DNA from: an archaeon
Lineage (GTDB): Archaea > B1Sed10-29 > JAJRYS01
Direction: 5' to 3'
Assembly: GCA_024275665.1 (NCBI GenBank)
Contig: JAJRYS010000028.1
Coordinates: 1-28,161, forward strand
Length of the DNA stretch: 28,161 nt
In this document: positions 18,756 through 26,695 of the stretch, in pieces
Position numbering within the stretch: the stretch's first letter is position 1
Layout: every line of letters begins with the position of its first letter
Made by a program: the position numbers and the translations under genes
Notes under the pieces: generated by a model
Database searches by the model: none
What the model was told of the DNA's origin: nothing
What the model saw: the letters and a program-made list of their open reading frames with translations, nothing else

Positions 18756-19610
18756 TCACAACACTACTTCTATCACTGCCCCTATTAGAATGAGTCCTGC
18801 GCTTAGCGCGAGGTAGAGCAAGGAGTCGATGATTTGTTGTTTTATCTTGTACGCTTTGAACTTGCTTTTCACAATAGCTACTGATAGTACGCCTCCTGCG
18901 ATTGCTCCGAAGAAGTATCCTCCGAACTCGAATAACCCGTGAGGCAGTAATCTTAAGAGCGTAAATGGCAAGGCTACCAAGTAGTTGAGGAAAATGTTTC
19001 CTTTCACTAGTTCTATTGACTCGTAAGCCAACGGGTTCTCAGCAATCTTGCCGATAAGAGTTCCTATAACCGTAGCATTCCATGAGATTAAGAAAACTGC
19101 TCCTGCTCCAAGCATGAACGAGAACAAGAAAGACAAGCCCAGGACTATTAAATTGTTTTTAAGTATTACGAAGAAGCTCGGACGGGCAAGAGTCGCATGT
19201 CCTGACACAAGAGTATCGCAGTTGTCAGCTTGAATTATCCCCTTGTTGCATAAGTCTTTTATCTGGTCAGTGAATAGCACTCCTCCTGCTGGGAACATTA
19301 TCACGTAAAAAAAAGAAGAAGCAAGGATTACTGCAAGGAAGAAGAACGCGAATACTTGTATGAGCTGGTCGTGTCTGCTGAACAAATTTCCACCTTTCTG
19401 CTTTTTCTCCTCAATGTCAAACATTCTAACCATGAAAGGAGCTGCTGCAATGCTTATGAAAGAAACCACCAGGAACCCTGTTCCTGACTCTCCTTCCAGC
19501 CCGAGCTGCAGTACTAGCACGCAGGCAGTCATCGTGAATAAGAATCCTGCTATGAAAGCCTCCCACGGCCTCCTCTCAACACTCTCAGGCTTGATAATGG
19601 ACTCGATCAT
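18756..19610 (-). CDS. polytopic membrane protein, SpoIIM/DUF95-like
   Basis: 284 aa with at least 6 hydrophobic helices. An LLPHGLFEFGGYFFGAIAGG motif resembles the PHGxxE signature of DUF95. Confidence 0.5.
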   Translation of the reverse strand: MIESIIKPESVERRPWEAFIAGFLFTMTACVLVLQLGLEGESGTGFLVVSFISIAAAPFMVRMFDIEEKKQKGGNLFSRHDQLIQVFAFFFLAVILASSFFYVIMFPAGGVLFTDQIKDLCNKGIIQADNCDTLVSGHATLARPSFFVILKNNLIVLGLSFLFSFMLGAGAVFLISWNATVIGTLIGKIAENPLAYESIELVKGNIFLNYLVALPFTLLRLLPHGLFEFGGYFFGAIAGGVLSVAIVKSKFKAYKIKQQIIDSLLYLALSAGLILIGAVIEVVL

Positions 19611-19667
19611 CGCTTTGTTAATACTTTATACGATAATAAATAAGTGTTGGTTCGTCAATCAAGGCAC

Positions 19668-20525
19668 TTACTTCAAGTACTCTATTATTGGCTTTGCTTC
19701 TTTGAAGTTCTCACGGTAAGCGAATGCAGCGGCTTGCTTGTATTCTTCTGCGAGTTTTTTAAACAGCCTTCTTTGCTCTTGCCAGTACTCGTTCTGCCAT
19801 TTGAAGTTGCTTGCATGCGAGTAGAAGTCAGAGTATTCTGGTAAGAACTCGTTGACCACTGCCTGCACTTTTGGCAAGCATCCTGTTTTCAGGTTCAGCT
19901 TGTCGAATATTATCAAATCAACTCCTGTCTCGTGCAGTTCTTTGAACAATTCTTCTAAGTTCGTCAGGAACGGGAGTGCTGGGGCTATGAACGCGTACGT
20001 CTTCAGTCCTTCGTCTTTCAGTTTTTTAAGCACTTTTAGTCTTTGCTCAGGCGTTGATGCTAGTGGTTCGAATACCCTGCGTACCTCGTCGTTAAGAGTG
20101 TTGATTGACACACCTATGTTAGCTTTTTTGAATTCAGTTATCAGATCCAAATCTCTTAGTATTAGTTTTGATTTTGTCAGCACGTCTAGTCCTACGTCGT
20201 GTTCTGCCATTACTTCCAAGCATTTCCTTGTTAGTTCGTATTTCTTTTCAAGTGGTTGGTAAGCGTCAGTAGCAGAAGACATTAATATTGTTTTTCCCTC
20301 GTATTTCCCTGTCTTCAGTTGTTCTTCAAGCACTTCGTGGATATTGGTTTTTGGTTTTACAAGCTCTCCCCATTCTTCTTTGTGTCCCATTTTCTTGAAG
20401 AAAGCACTCATGTAACAATAAATGCATGCGTGTTGGCATCCAATGTAAGGGTTTAGAGTGTAGTCACATCCAGGAATTTTCGTCTTTACCAACGCGTTCT
20501 TGCACTCTGTTTCAATTACTTTCAT
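19668..20525 (-). CDS. radical SAM protein, SplB/DNA-repair-photolyase-like (COG1533 type)
   Basis: LNPYIGCQHACIYCYM matches the CxxxCxYC radical-SAM cluster motif in the context typical of the SplB-like family. 285 aa. Confidence 0.7.
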   Translation of the reverse strand: MKVIETECKNALVKTKIPGCDYTLNPYIGCQHACIYCYMSAFFKKMGHKEEWGELVKPKTNIHEVLEEQLKTGKYEGKTILMSSATDAYQPLEKKYELTRKCLEVMAEHDVGLDVLTKSKLILRDLDLITEFKKANIGVSINTLNDEVRRVFEPLASTPEQRLKVLKKLKDEGLKTYAFIAPALPFLTNLEELFKELHETGVDLIIFDKLNLKTGCLPKVQAVVNEFLPEYSDFYSHASNFKWQNEYWQEQRRLFKKLAEEYKQAAAFAYRENFKEAKPIIEYLK

Positions 20526-20580
20526 GAAGTAATTTTTCTCTTTCGAAACGTTTAAATGTTCCTAGTGCGAGTAAAACACC

Positions 20581-21306
20581 ATGCCAACTAGTGAGAAAAA
20601 ACCTGGAAAGCTTTTAAGCATTGTAATTGACATGCTTGCTGAGAACGCTTCTGAGAAAGACATAATCGCGAGTCTTGTTCAGATGGGGGTGTCAGAGTCT
20701 GATGCAAAGTTGATTTTGAAGAAGGCAATGGACGAGGTTGGCAAGTCAGTTACTACCAAGTTAGAGGTCAAGGCCAGTCAGATTATTGACAAGAAACTTG
20801 ACTCCAGGATGAAGGCTTTGAAGAAAGAGCTAGCTCTTCAGCTTGATTTGAAAGCAATGGAGCAAAAAGAATACACTGATAAGAAAGTGGAAGAAGTTAA
20901 GTCAGAGATAGAAGCATTGAAGGAACAATTAAGCAATGTTACTATTGACGTTGATTCCAAGGTTAACAAAGTGGAGAAGGAAGTGGAAGTCCTTAGGGTG
21001 ATCAGCCCAAAGGAGAAACTGTTTTCTTCTGCTATAATGCTTGGAGGAGTAGTGTCGGTAGTGTTGTTCTTTTATTCCCTGCTTTCTCTGCTTAGTGCTT
21101 TGAAAAAAGCAAGCTTTTTTAACATCATAATACACATTATAATACTCGCAGCTCTCGTGATTGTTTCTATTGTTTTCCTGAAAACGGGTTTCAGGATTTA
21201 TTCTCTTTCAGAGAAGAAACTCACGAAGTTTGCTGAAAAGGTTTTCAAGAAAGAACCTGAGAAGAAAAGCATTCAAGAACTAGTGAGAGAAGAGGACTTA
21301 GTATGA
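20581..21306 (+). CDS. coiled-coil protein with C-terminal double transmembrane segment, hypothetical
   Basis: The central region is coiled-coil (KALKKELALQLDLKAMEQKEY...EIEALKEQL). The hydrophobic stretches are AIMLGGVVSVVLFFYSLLSLLSAL and IIIHIIILAALVIVSIVFL. The stop overlaps the next gene's start. Confidence 0.45.
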   Translation: MPTSEKKPGKLLSIVIDMLAENASEKDIIASLVQMGVSESDAKLILKKAMDEVGKSVTTKLEVKASQIIDKKLDSRMKALKKELALQLDLKAMEQKEYTDKKVEEVKSEIEALKEQLSNVTIDVDSKVNKVEKEVEVLRVISPKEKLFSSAIMLGGVVSVVLFFYSLLSLLSALKKASFFNIIIHIIILAALVIVSIVFLKTGFRIYSLSEKKLTKFAEKVFKKEPEKKSIQELVREEDLV

Positions 21307-22019
21307 TGAGCAAAGAAAAACTCGAAGAGAAGAGAAAGGAATTACTCAGCCTGATTTCTGAAATTAAGAAAAAACAAAAAGAACTTCGTGAAAAAAGAGA
21401 CAAGGAGAATGAATGGGTTAGGGAGTTCAAGCAGAAACGCAGTGAAGTTCTTGGAAAGATAAGCGAGTTGAAGAAAGAGCTTGAGGAATATGATGCTGAT
21501 TTGAAGGACTTTTCCGCGAAGGCGAACGAATTCAGAAGACTTAAGAGGGAGTATGACGCGTTGAACTGGAAGTACCAGACAGAGGTATTCTCAGTCAGGC
21601 AGGAGAAGAGACTGGTTAAGAGAATGGCTGAGATAGAGGAAAAGCTTGCTGCTTTTGAAGAAATTCGTAAGAAAGCAGCTGGTTTTAGGAGGATGAGCAA
21701 GAAGTTGAAGGACTTGCGTGTAGAGGCTTCTTTGTATCATGAAATGGTGATAAAGCATGCTGCTGAAAGTGAGAGATACCATAAGGAACTCTTGAAAATG
21801 TTCGACGAAGAGGAAAAACTTTCAAAGAAATTAAGGGAAGTTGAGAAAAAGTTGAAAGAAGTAAAGTCGAGGAGTAAAAGAGTGGTAATGCAGGCTGGTT
21901 CTAAGATTGACAAACTTAAGGAAAGGGCTTTGAAAGCTTATGATGATTTCAAGAAAGGAAGAAAAGTAAGCTTGCATGACCTGGCGTTAATAGAGAGGTT
22001 TGGTTTGAAAGAAGAGTGA
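21303..22019 (+). CDS. archaeal coiled-coil protein (COG1340-like), hypothetical
   Basis: 238 aa of almost continuous heptad-like K/E/R-rich sequence. The ATGATGA junction with the upstream gene suggests co-transcription. Confidence 0.45.
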   Translation: MMSKEKLEEKRKELLSLISEIKKKQKELREKRDKENEWVREFKQKRSEVLGKISELKKELEEYDADLKDFSAKANEFRRLKREYDALNWKYQTEVFSVRQEKRLVKRMAEIEEKLAAFEEIRKKAAGFRRMSKKLKDLRVEASLYHEMVIKHAAESERYHKELLKMFDEEEKLSKKLREVEKKLKEVKSRSKRVVMQAGSKIDKLKERALKAYDDFKKGRKVSLHDLALIERFGLKEE

Positions 22020-22025
22020 TGAGTC

Positions 22026-22283
22026 ATGGAGGACGAGGAAATAGCGTTCAAACTAGTAGAACTCTATGTTCGTGAAGTGTCTGAAAGAGGGGAAAGAAGG
22101 CAAATGAGTCTTGACAGTATTCTCAATGCTTACATGTACGCGTTGAAACGCCTTAGGAACAAAGAAGAGGAAATAAACAACATGAAAGCAATTGAAGAAC
22201 AACCTGCTGGAGGAGAAGAATTAGAGGAGGTGAAATACCCTCCTGCTGCTGAAGAGGAAGAGCCTGACATGCTCAGCGAGTGA
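22026..22283 (+). CDS. small acidic hypothetical protein
   Basis: 85 aa with an E-rich C-terminus. It sits 6 nt after the coiled-coil gene. TGA stop. Confidence 0.35.
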   Translation: MEDEEIAFKLVELYVREVSERGERRQMSLDSILNAYMYALKRLRNKEEEINNMKAIEEQPAGGEELEEVKYPPAAEEEEPDMLSE

Positions 22284-23418
22284 ATATTTTCACAACGTCA
22301 TTCGGCTTCAGGACGTAATCCTTGCTTATTCTCATTTTCTTCCTGCAGTCAAAAGCATTCACGAATCTCTCCCCTATTTCTGAATGAATCGCGAAAGCCA
22401 GATCCAATACAGTGCTTCCTTTCTTAACCAAGTACACGTCTGGCAGTATTCTTCCTTTGCCATCTGTTAGTTTGTGCTCGTTTTCAACAGGGTACACTGG
22501 GAAGTATTCAAGCATTTCGAACACGAGCTTGTTAATGACTTTCTGCACTCCAGTAGAACCATACACGTCTAACACTTTTTCCCTGATTGTCTGCAATGCT
22601 TTTTCTTGTTCTGGTGTTAGTTGTTTCAATACTTCAAAGTCTTTTTCTCCTGGAATGTAGTGAATTAATCCTTTCTCATCAGCTTTTCTCAGCACTAACT
22701 CTGCTTCAGCACTCACTGGAATTATGTCATGTTTTTCTTTTAGGCGCTTGTAGTTTTCCTTGGCAGAGTCCAAGTCTATCTTGTTTCCTGCTAGTATTAT
22801 CGGCTTGTTGGTTTTCCTTATTTTCTTAGCCAAGTCAAGCAAGTCTGAAAACCCTTCTTCTATTATTTCTTTTACTTTGTCTTTTGAAATACGCAGGCCT
22901 GACACTTGTTCATACACTGCTTCGTACAAGGGAATCGTTTTTGCTTTTCTTTGAATGTTCTTCCAGTTCTTTTCAAGAATTCCTTTAATACAGTAGTCTA
23001 TTTCTTCTTCTAAGAATAGTATGTCTTTTTCTGGGTCGTGTTCTTGGCATGGTTCTCCTTTCTCATTAGTCTTTCCTGACAAGTCAACCACGTGAATGAG
23101 TCCTTCTGCATCAGCTAAGTCTGACAAGAACTGGTTTCCCATTCCCTTGCCAAGGTGGGCTTCTGGCACGAGTCCTGCCACGTCCACTAACTGGATTGTA
23201 GTAAGCCTTGTCCCGTCAACGCATTTTGAGTTGTTAGGGTTGCACTTCACCCTGAATTCTTTTTCAACGCATTCATTAGTGACGAAAGTAGTGCCAATGT
23301 TAGGCTTTATAGTAGTGAAAGGATAAGAAGCAATTGGAACATTAACAAGAGTAGCAGCACTGAAGAAAGTGCTCTTCCCGCTTGAAGGCTTCCCAACTAC
23401 TCCTATTTTCACAGTCAT
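22273..23418 (-). CDS. Obg/YchF-related GTPase with C-terminal TGS domain (archaeal Ygr210-like subfamily)
   Basis: The P-loop GKPSSGKST, ...YPFTTIKPNIG, DVAGLV and the NKID G4 motif are present. The C-terminal ...VLKPNDVVKIF is TGS-like. The Cys-containing insert (CVEKEFRVKCNPNNSKC) is typical of the Ygr210 subfamily. Confidence 0.7.
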   Translation of the reverse strand: MTVKIGVVGKPSSGKSTFFSAATLVNVPIASYPFTTIKPNIGTTFVTNECVEKEFRVKCNPNNSKCVDGTRLTTIQLVDVAGLVPEAHLGKGMGNQFLSDLADAEGLIHVVDLSGKTNEKGEPCQEHDPEKDILFLEEEIDYCIKGILEKNWKNIQRKAKTIPLYEAVYEQVSGLRISKDKVKEIIEEGFSDLLDLAKKIRKTNKPIILAGNKIDLDSAKENYKRLKEKHDIIPVSAEAELVLRKADEKGLIHYIPGEKDFEVLKQLTPEQEKALQTIREKVLDVYGSTGVQKVINKLVFEMLEYFPVYPVENEHKLTDGKGRILPDVYLVKKGSTVLDLAFAIHSEIGERFVNAFDCRKKMRISKDYVLKPNDVVKIFTR

Positions 23419-23497
23419 GCTTTCTTTTGTCGAACTGCAGGTTTATAAACCAAAACAGTGCTAATAAATAACCACTGGTTTTGTTAGGTGTTTTTCA

Positions 23498-24082
23498 ATG
23501 GAGAAGAATTTTGTATACCCAGGGGACTACGTAGCAAGCTCTGTTGAAGTCTTACCAGGTTTTGGTCTTTACGCTGAAGGAGACGAAGTAAGGGCTTCTA
23601 ACATAGGAGAGCTTCTCGTGGATAAGAAAAATCATACTGCTAAAGTCCTTGTGAAGACGAGAATCCCAAGGCTTCAAGGGCCAGGAGTAGTGACTCTTGC
23701 AATGGCAGTGGATTCTTCTCAGAACGCAGTAATGCTTGACCTTGTTGAATGGGATTCTAAGAACTTTTCATTCATACCAAGAGGACTTACAGGAGTGCTT
23801 TATGTTTCAAATGTGCGCAGGGGTTTTGTAAAAGACTTGTCAGAAGAAGTGAAAATAGGGGACATTCTAAGAGTAAAAGTGCTTGAAGTTAAGAAAGATG
23901 CTGTTTCCGTCACCATCAGTGACAAGAATCTTGGAGTGATTAAAGCATTCTGTTCTGTGTGCAGGCATGAAATGATCCCAACAGGCAATCATTTGAAATG
24001 CATTAACTGCGGTCACGTTGAAAAACGCAAGACAGCTTTTGATTACGGGAACATAAGCATTAACGAAGGTGAGTTGTTGTGA
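23498..24082 (+). CDS. csl4: exosome complex RNA-binding subunit Csl4 (N-terminal domain, S1 domain, Zn-ribbon)
   Basis: The S1-like core GDILRVKVLEV is followed by a CSVCRHEM...CINCGH zinc ribbon. It sits next to rpoL, the conserved archaeal context. Confidence 0.8.
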   Translation: MEKNFVYPGDYVASSVEVLPGFGLYAEGDEVRASNIGELLVDKKNHTAKVLVKTRIPRLQGPGVVTLAMAVDSSQNAVMLDLVEWDSKNFSFIPRGLTGVLYVSNVRRGFVKDLSEEVKIGDILRVKVLEVKKDAVSVTISDKNLGVIKAFCSVCRHEMIPTGNHLKCINCGHVEKRKTAFDYGNISINEGELL

Positions 24083-24333
24083 AGTTTAAGAAGATAAGGG
24101 AAAAAGATAATGAGATTGAATTTGTTCTCGAAGGAGAAGACCATACTTTCTCCCAGTTATTGTTAAAACACTTGCTTGAAAACAAGAACGTTGAAATAGC
24201 AGAATACAACATTCCTCATCCTTTGACAGGAAAGCCTACTTTTTACGTGAAAGTCAAGGGAAAGAAAAAGCCAATGACAGTGCTTGCAGAAGCAGCTGAC
24301 TCTATTAAGAAAGAATTCAAGTCGTTAGCATGA
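24079..24333 (+). CDS. rpoL: DNA-directed RNA polymerase subunit L (Rpb11 homolog)
   Basis: 84 aa. EGEDHTFSQLLLKHLLENKNVEIAEYNIPHPL matches the RpoL core (EDHT...a.Y...HPl). The GTG start overlaps the csl4 stop (GTGA). Confidence 0.8.
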   Translation: MKFKKIREKDNEIEFVLEGEDHTFSQLLLKHLLENKNVEIAEYNIPHPLTGKPTFYVKVKGKKKPMTVLAEAADSIKKEFKSLA

Positions 24334-24878
24334 AGACGTTGAAAGCCATCGGTTTCGACGATGGCTGTTTTTCAAAAAAAGACGAAAAAGTGTTGATAGT
24401 AGGAGTGGTTACTAATTCTAAAGGCATGGTAGAAGGAGTACTGTCTTCTGCTATTACGAGAGATGGTAATGACGCTACACGAGTTATTGCAAAGCTTGTT
24501 AATTCTTCAAAACATTACTCTAAGCTGAAGGTTGTCTTCTTGCAAGGGACTACTTTTGCTGGTTTCAACATAGTTGACTTAAGAAAATTGCATGAAAAGA
24601 CAGGAAAGCCAGTGATAAGCGTGCTGAGGAAAAAACCAAAATACGAGAAAGTCATGAAAGCTCTTGCAAGATTTCCTTCAAAAAAGAAGAAGTTCGAACA
24701 GCAGGAAGAGTTTAACAAGTTTGAAGGAGTTTATTTTAAAGCAATAGGGATTAATAACACTGAAGCAATAAGTTTGATAAAATCCTTTAGAATAAGCTCT
24801 GTCATCCCAGAGCCGATAAGACTTGCTCACTTAATAGCAAGCGGAATTACGAGAGGAGAAAGCAGTGGACGCGCGTGA
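24330..24878 (+). CDS. DUF99/UPF0215 family protein (conserved archaeal gene downstream of csl4-rpoL)
   Basis: The sequence begins AIGFDDGCF...VLIVGVV...DGNDAT, as in the DUF99 family. The ATGA junction with rpoL suggests an operon. Confidence 0.7.
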   Translation: MKTLKAIGFDDGCFSKKDEKVLIVGVVTNSKGMVEGVLSSAITRDGNDATRVIAKLVNSSKHYSKLKVVFLQGTTFAGFNIVDLRKLHEKTGKPVISVLRKKPKYEKVMKALARFPSKKKKFEQQEEFNKFEGVYFKAIGINNTEAISLIKSFRISSVIPEPIRLAHLIASGITRGESSGRA

Positions 24879-25569
24879 ACTATTATCAAAACTGAAGAAA
24901 GTGGTGAAAGGAAAACCAAAAGAGAAGTATGATTGGAAAGAAGAACTGAAAGACTGGATAGTCTCGTTCGTGACAGTAGCAATCATTTACTTCCTCATCC
25001 TTCCAGCAATTCTCGGCACTAGCTCTCCTCTCGTGATTGTTTCTTCTTGTTCTGAGAAAGGATTCCTTAACATAGGAGACATAGTAATAGTCAAAGGAGT
25101 GAAAGCAGAAGATGTTAAAGCGCCATTAGTCAACGCTCCTCATTACACTGGGTTCACTCCAGTGTTTGAAGGAGAAAAGTTCGTAGGAATAAACATCTCA
25201 GGAGAAGTGATAAAACCGAATGAGAGTAATGACATAATAGTGTATTACGCTAATCCTTCTGGCTCGCAGATAATTCACAGAGTGCTTGCGAGAATCAACA
25301 CCAGCAACTGGATATTATTAGTTACTAAGGGGGATGCTAATCCAGTGCCTGATCAATTAGGAATAGTGAACGGCAAACTGGTTGAATGCGTTTCAGAAAA
25401 CCTTGGATGCATCTCCACGCATGTCAACGAGAAGATGGTTGTAGGTAAGAAAATAGGTCCAGCAATTCCTTTGCTCGGCCATTTGAAACTTTTCTTCTGT
25501 GACGTGATGCCTTTCTGCCAAGGACACTCAAACGCTGGTACTGGTTATGAGTACAAGTTATGGTGCTGA
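24865..25569 (+). CDS. signal peptidase I, archaeal/eukaryotic Sec11 type (S26B), divergent, with Cys-containing C-terminal extension
   Basis: An N-terminal TM segment is followed by PLVIVSSCSEKGF (box B), IGDIVIV, SQIIHRVLA (box D His) and VTKGDANP (box E). The C-terminal ~45 aa (CISTH...FFCDVMPFCQGH...KLWC) is not typical. GTG start. Confidence 0.6.
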   Translation: MDARELLSKLKKVVKGKPKEKYDWKEELKDWIVSFVTVAIIYFLILPAILGTSSPLVIVSSCSEKGFLNIGDIVIVKGVKAEDVKAPLVNAPHYTGFTPVFEGEKFVGINISGEVIKPNESNDIIVYYANPSGSQIIHRVLARINTSNWILLVTKGDANPVPDQLGIVNGKLVECVSENLGCISTHVNEKMVVGKKIGPAIPLLGHLKLFFCDVMPFCQGHSNAGTGYEYKLWC

Positions 25570-25616
25570 TTGTTAATAGAGAGAAGGTTTAAAAATCAAG
25601 TTTTCTTATTAACTTC

Positions 25617-26642
25617 ATGCAGGAGAAGAAAGGTCAAGCTGCTTTAGAATACTTAATCATAATCGCAGCAGTAATAGCAGTGGCTGCTATCGTCGTGTTA
25701 TTTGTTACTGGTTCTTTTGGAACGCAGAAAGAAAAAGTTTCTTTTGCTCAGTGCAAGCAAGCAGCTTCTGACTGCATGGCTTCTCGCTTGGTATCTTCAA
25801 GCGATCCCTGCGTGTCCTGCGAGGATGCATGCGTTTCCAACGGCAAGGATATAATGACAGGAGTTAGCGGTTGTGATCCTAACGGAGCATGCGGGTTGTG
25901 CAAGCAAGGAAAACCAGCGTCTATTTACGAGGTGAACTGCTCTGATCTTGACAATGACGGTTATGCTGGGAATACTACTAGTTGTTTGATTGGAAGCGAT
26001 TGCAATGACTCAAACGCAAGCATTAATCCAGGAGCAACAGAGAGCTGTACTAATGGAGTTGATGATGACTGCGATGGAAAAATTGATTGTGCTGACAGTG
26101 ATTGCGTAACACAGCCGGTATGTGCTTGCGTTGATTCTGATGGTGATGGATATTATGCTGTGAATCCCGATTGTCCTACTGGCAGTGATTGTGATGATTC
26201 TAATGCTGCTGTGAATCCAGGAGCTACTGAGATATGCAATAATGGCATTGATGACAATTGCAACGGTTACGTGGATTGTGATGATGATGATTGTTATTCT
26301 TCCTGTCCTTTCGCTGACTTCTCAGCTACTTGCACTGATAATGGTGATGGAACAGTAACAGCAAACTTTGATGCTAGCATGTCTTACGATCCTGACGCTG
26401 ATCCTTCTCTTCCAAACCAAGGGATAATAAGTTACTACTGGATTTTTGAAAATGGAAATCCTCCTGATTATTATTCTTCTGATCCGTTAACATTCTCTGT
26501 CTTTCCTTCTTTCTCCCCTCCTTCTCGTATCACTCTCACAGTAGAGGATGCTGATAATAATAAAAAAGAAGTTTATCATTTCATTGATACTTCACTGCTT
26601 CTCCCAGGAGCTACTGATGACCCTACGTGTTTTGTTCCTTAA
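25617..26642 (+). CDS. class III (type IV pilin-like) signal peptide protein with Cys/Asp-rich metal-binding-type repeat body
   Basis: The N-terminus is MQEKKGQAALEYLIIIAAVIAVAAIVVLFV: basic residues, Gly, Glu at +5, then a hydrophobic helix. The body contains three copies of D.DGDGY..(A/S).NPGATE.C.NG.DD.C.G..DC.D(D/S)DC, resembling Myxococcus-type cysteine-rich putative metal-binding repeats. The C-terminus is S/P-rich. Confidence 0.7.
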   Translation: MQEKKGQAALEYLIIIAAVIAVAAIVVLFVTGSFGTQKEKVSFAQCKQAASDCMASRLVSSSDPCVSCEDACVSNGKDIMTGVSGCDPNGACGLCKQGKPASIYEVNCSDLDNDGYAGNTTSCLIGSDCNDSNASINPGATESCTNGVDDDCDGKIDCADSDCVTQPVCACVDSDGDGYYAVNPDCPTGSDCDDSNAAVNPGATEICNNGIDDNCNGYVDCDDDDCYSSCPFADFSATCTDNGDGTVTANFDASMSYDPDADPSLPNQGIISYYWIFENGNPPDYYSSDPLTFSVFPSFSPPSRITLTVEDADNNKKEVYHFIDTSLLLPGATDDPTCFVP

Positions 26643-26695
26643 GCATTTAGAGTTTAGTTTGGTTTAATAAACTTGCTTTTTCTTAAATTTTATTC

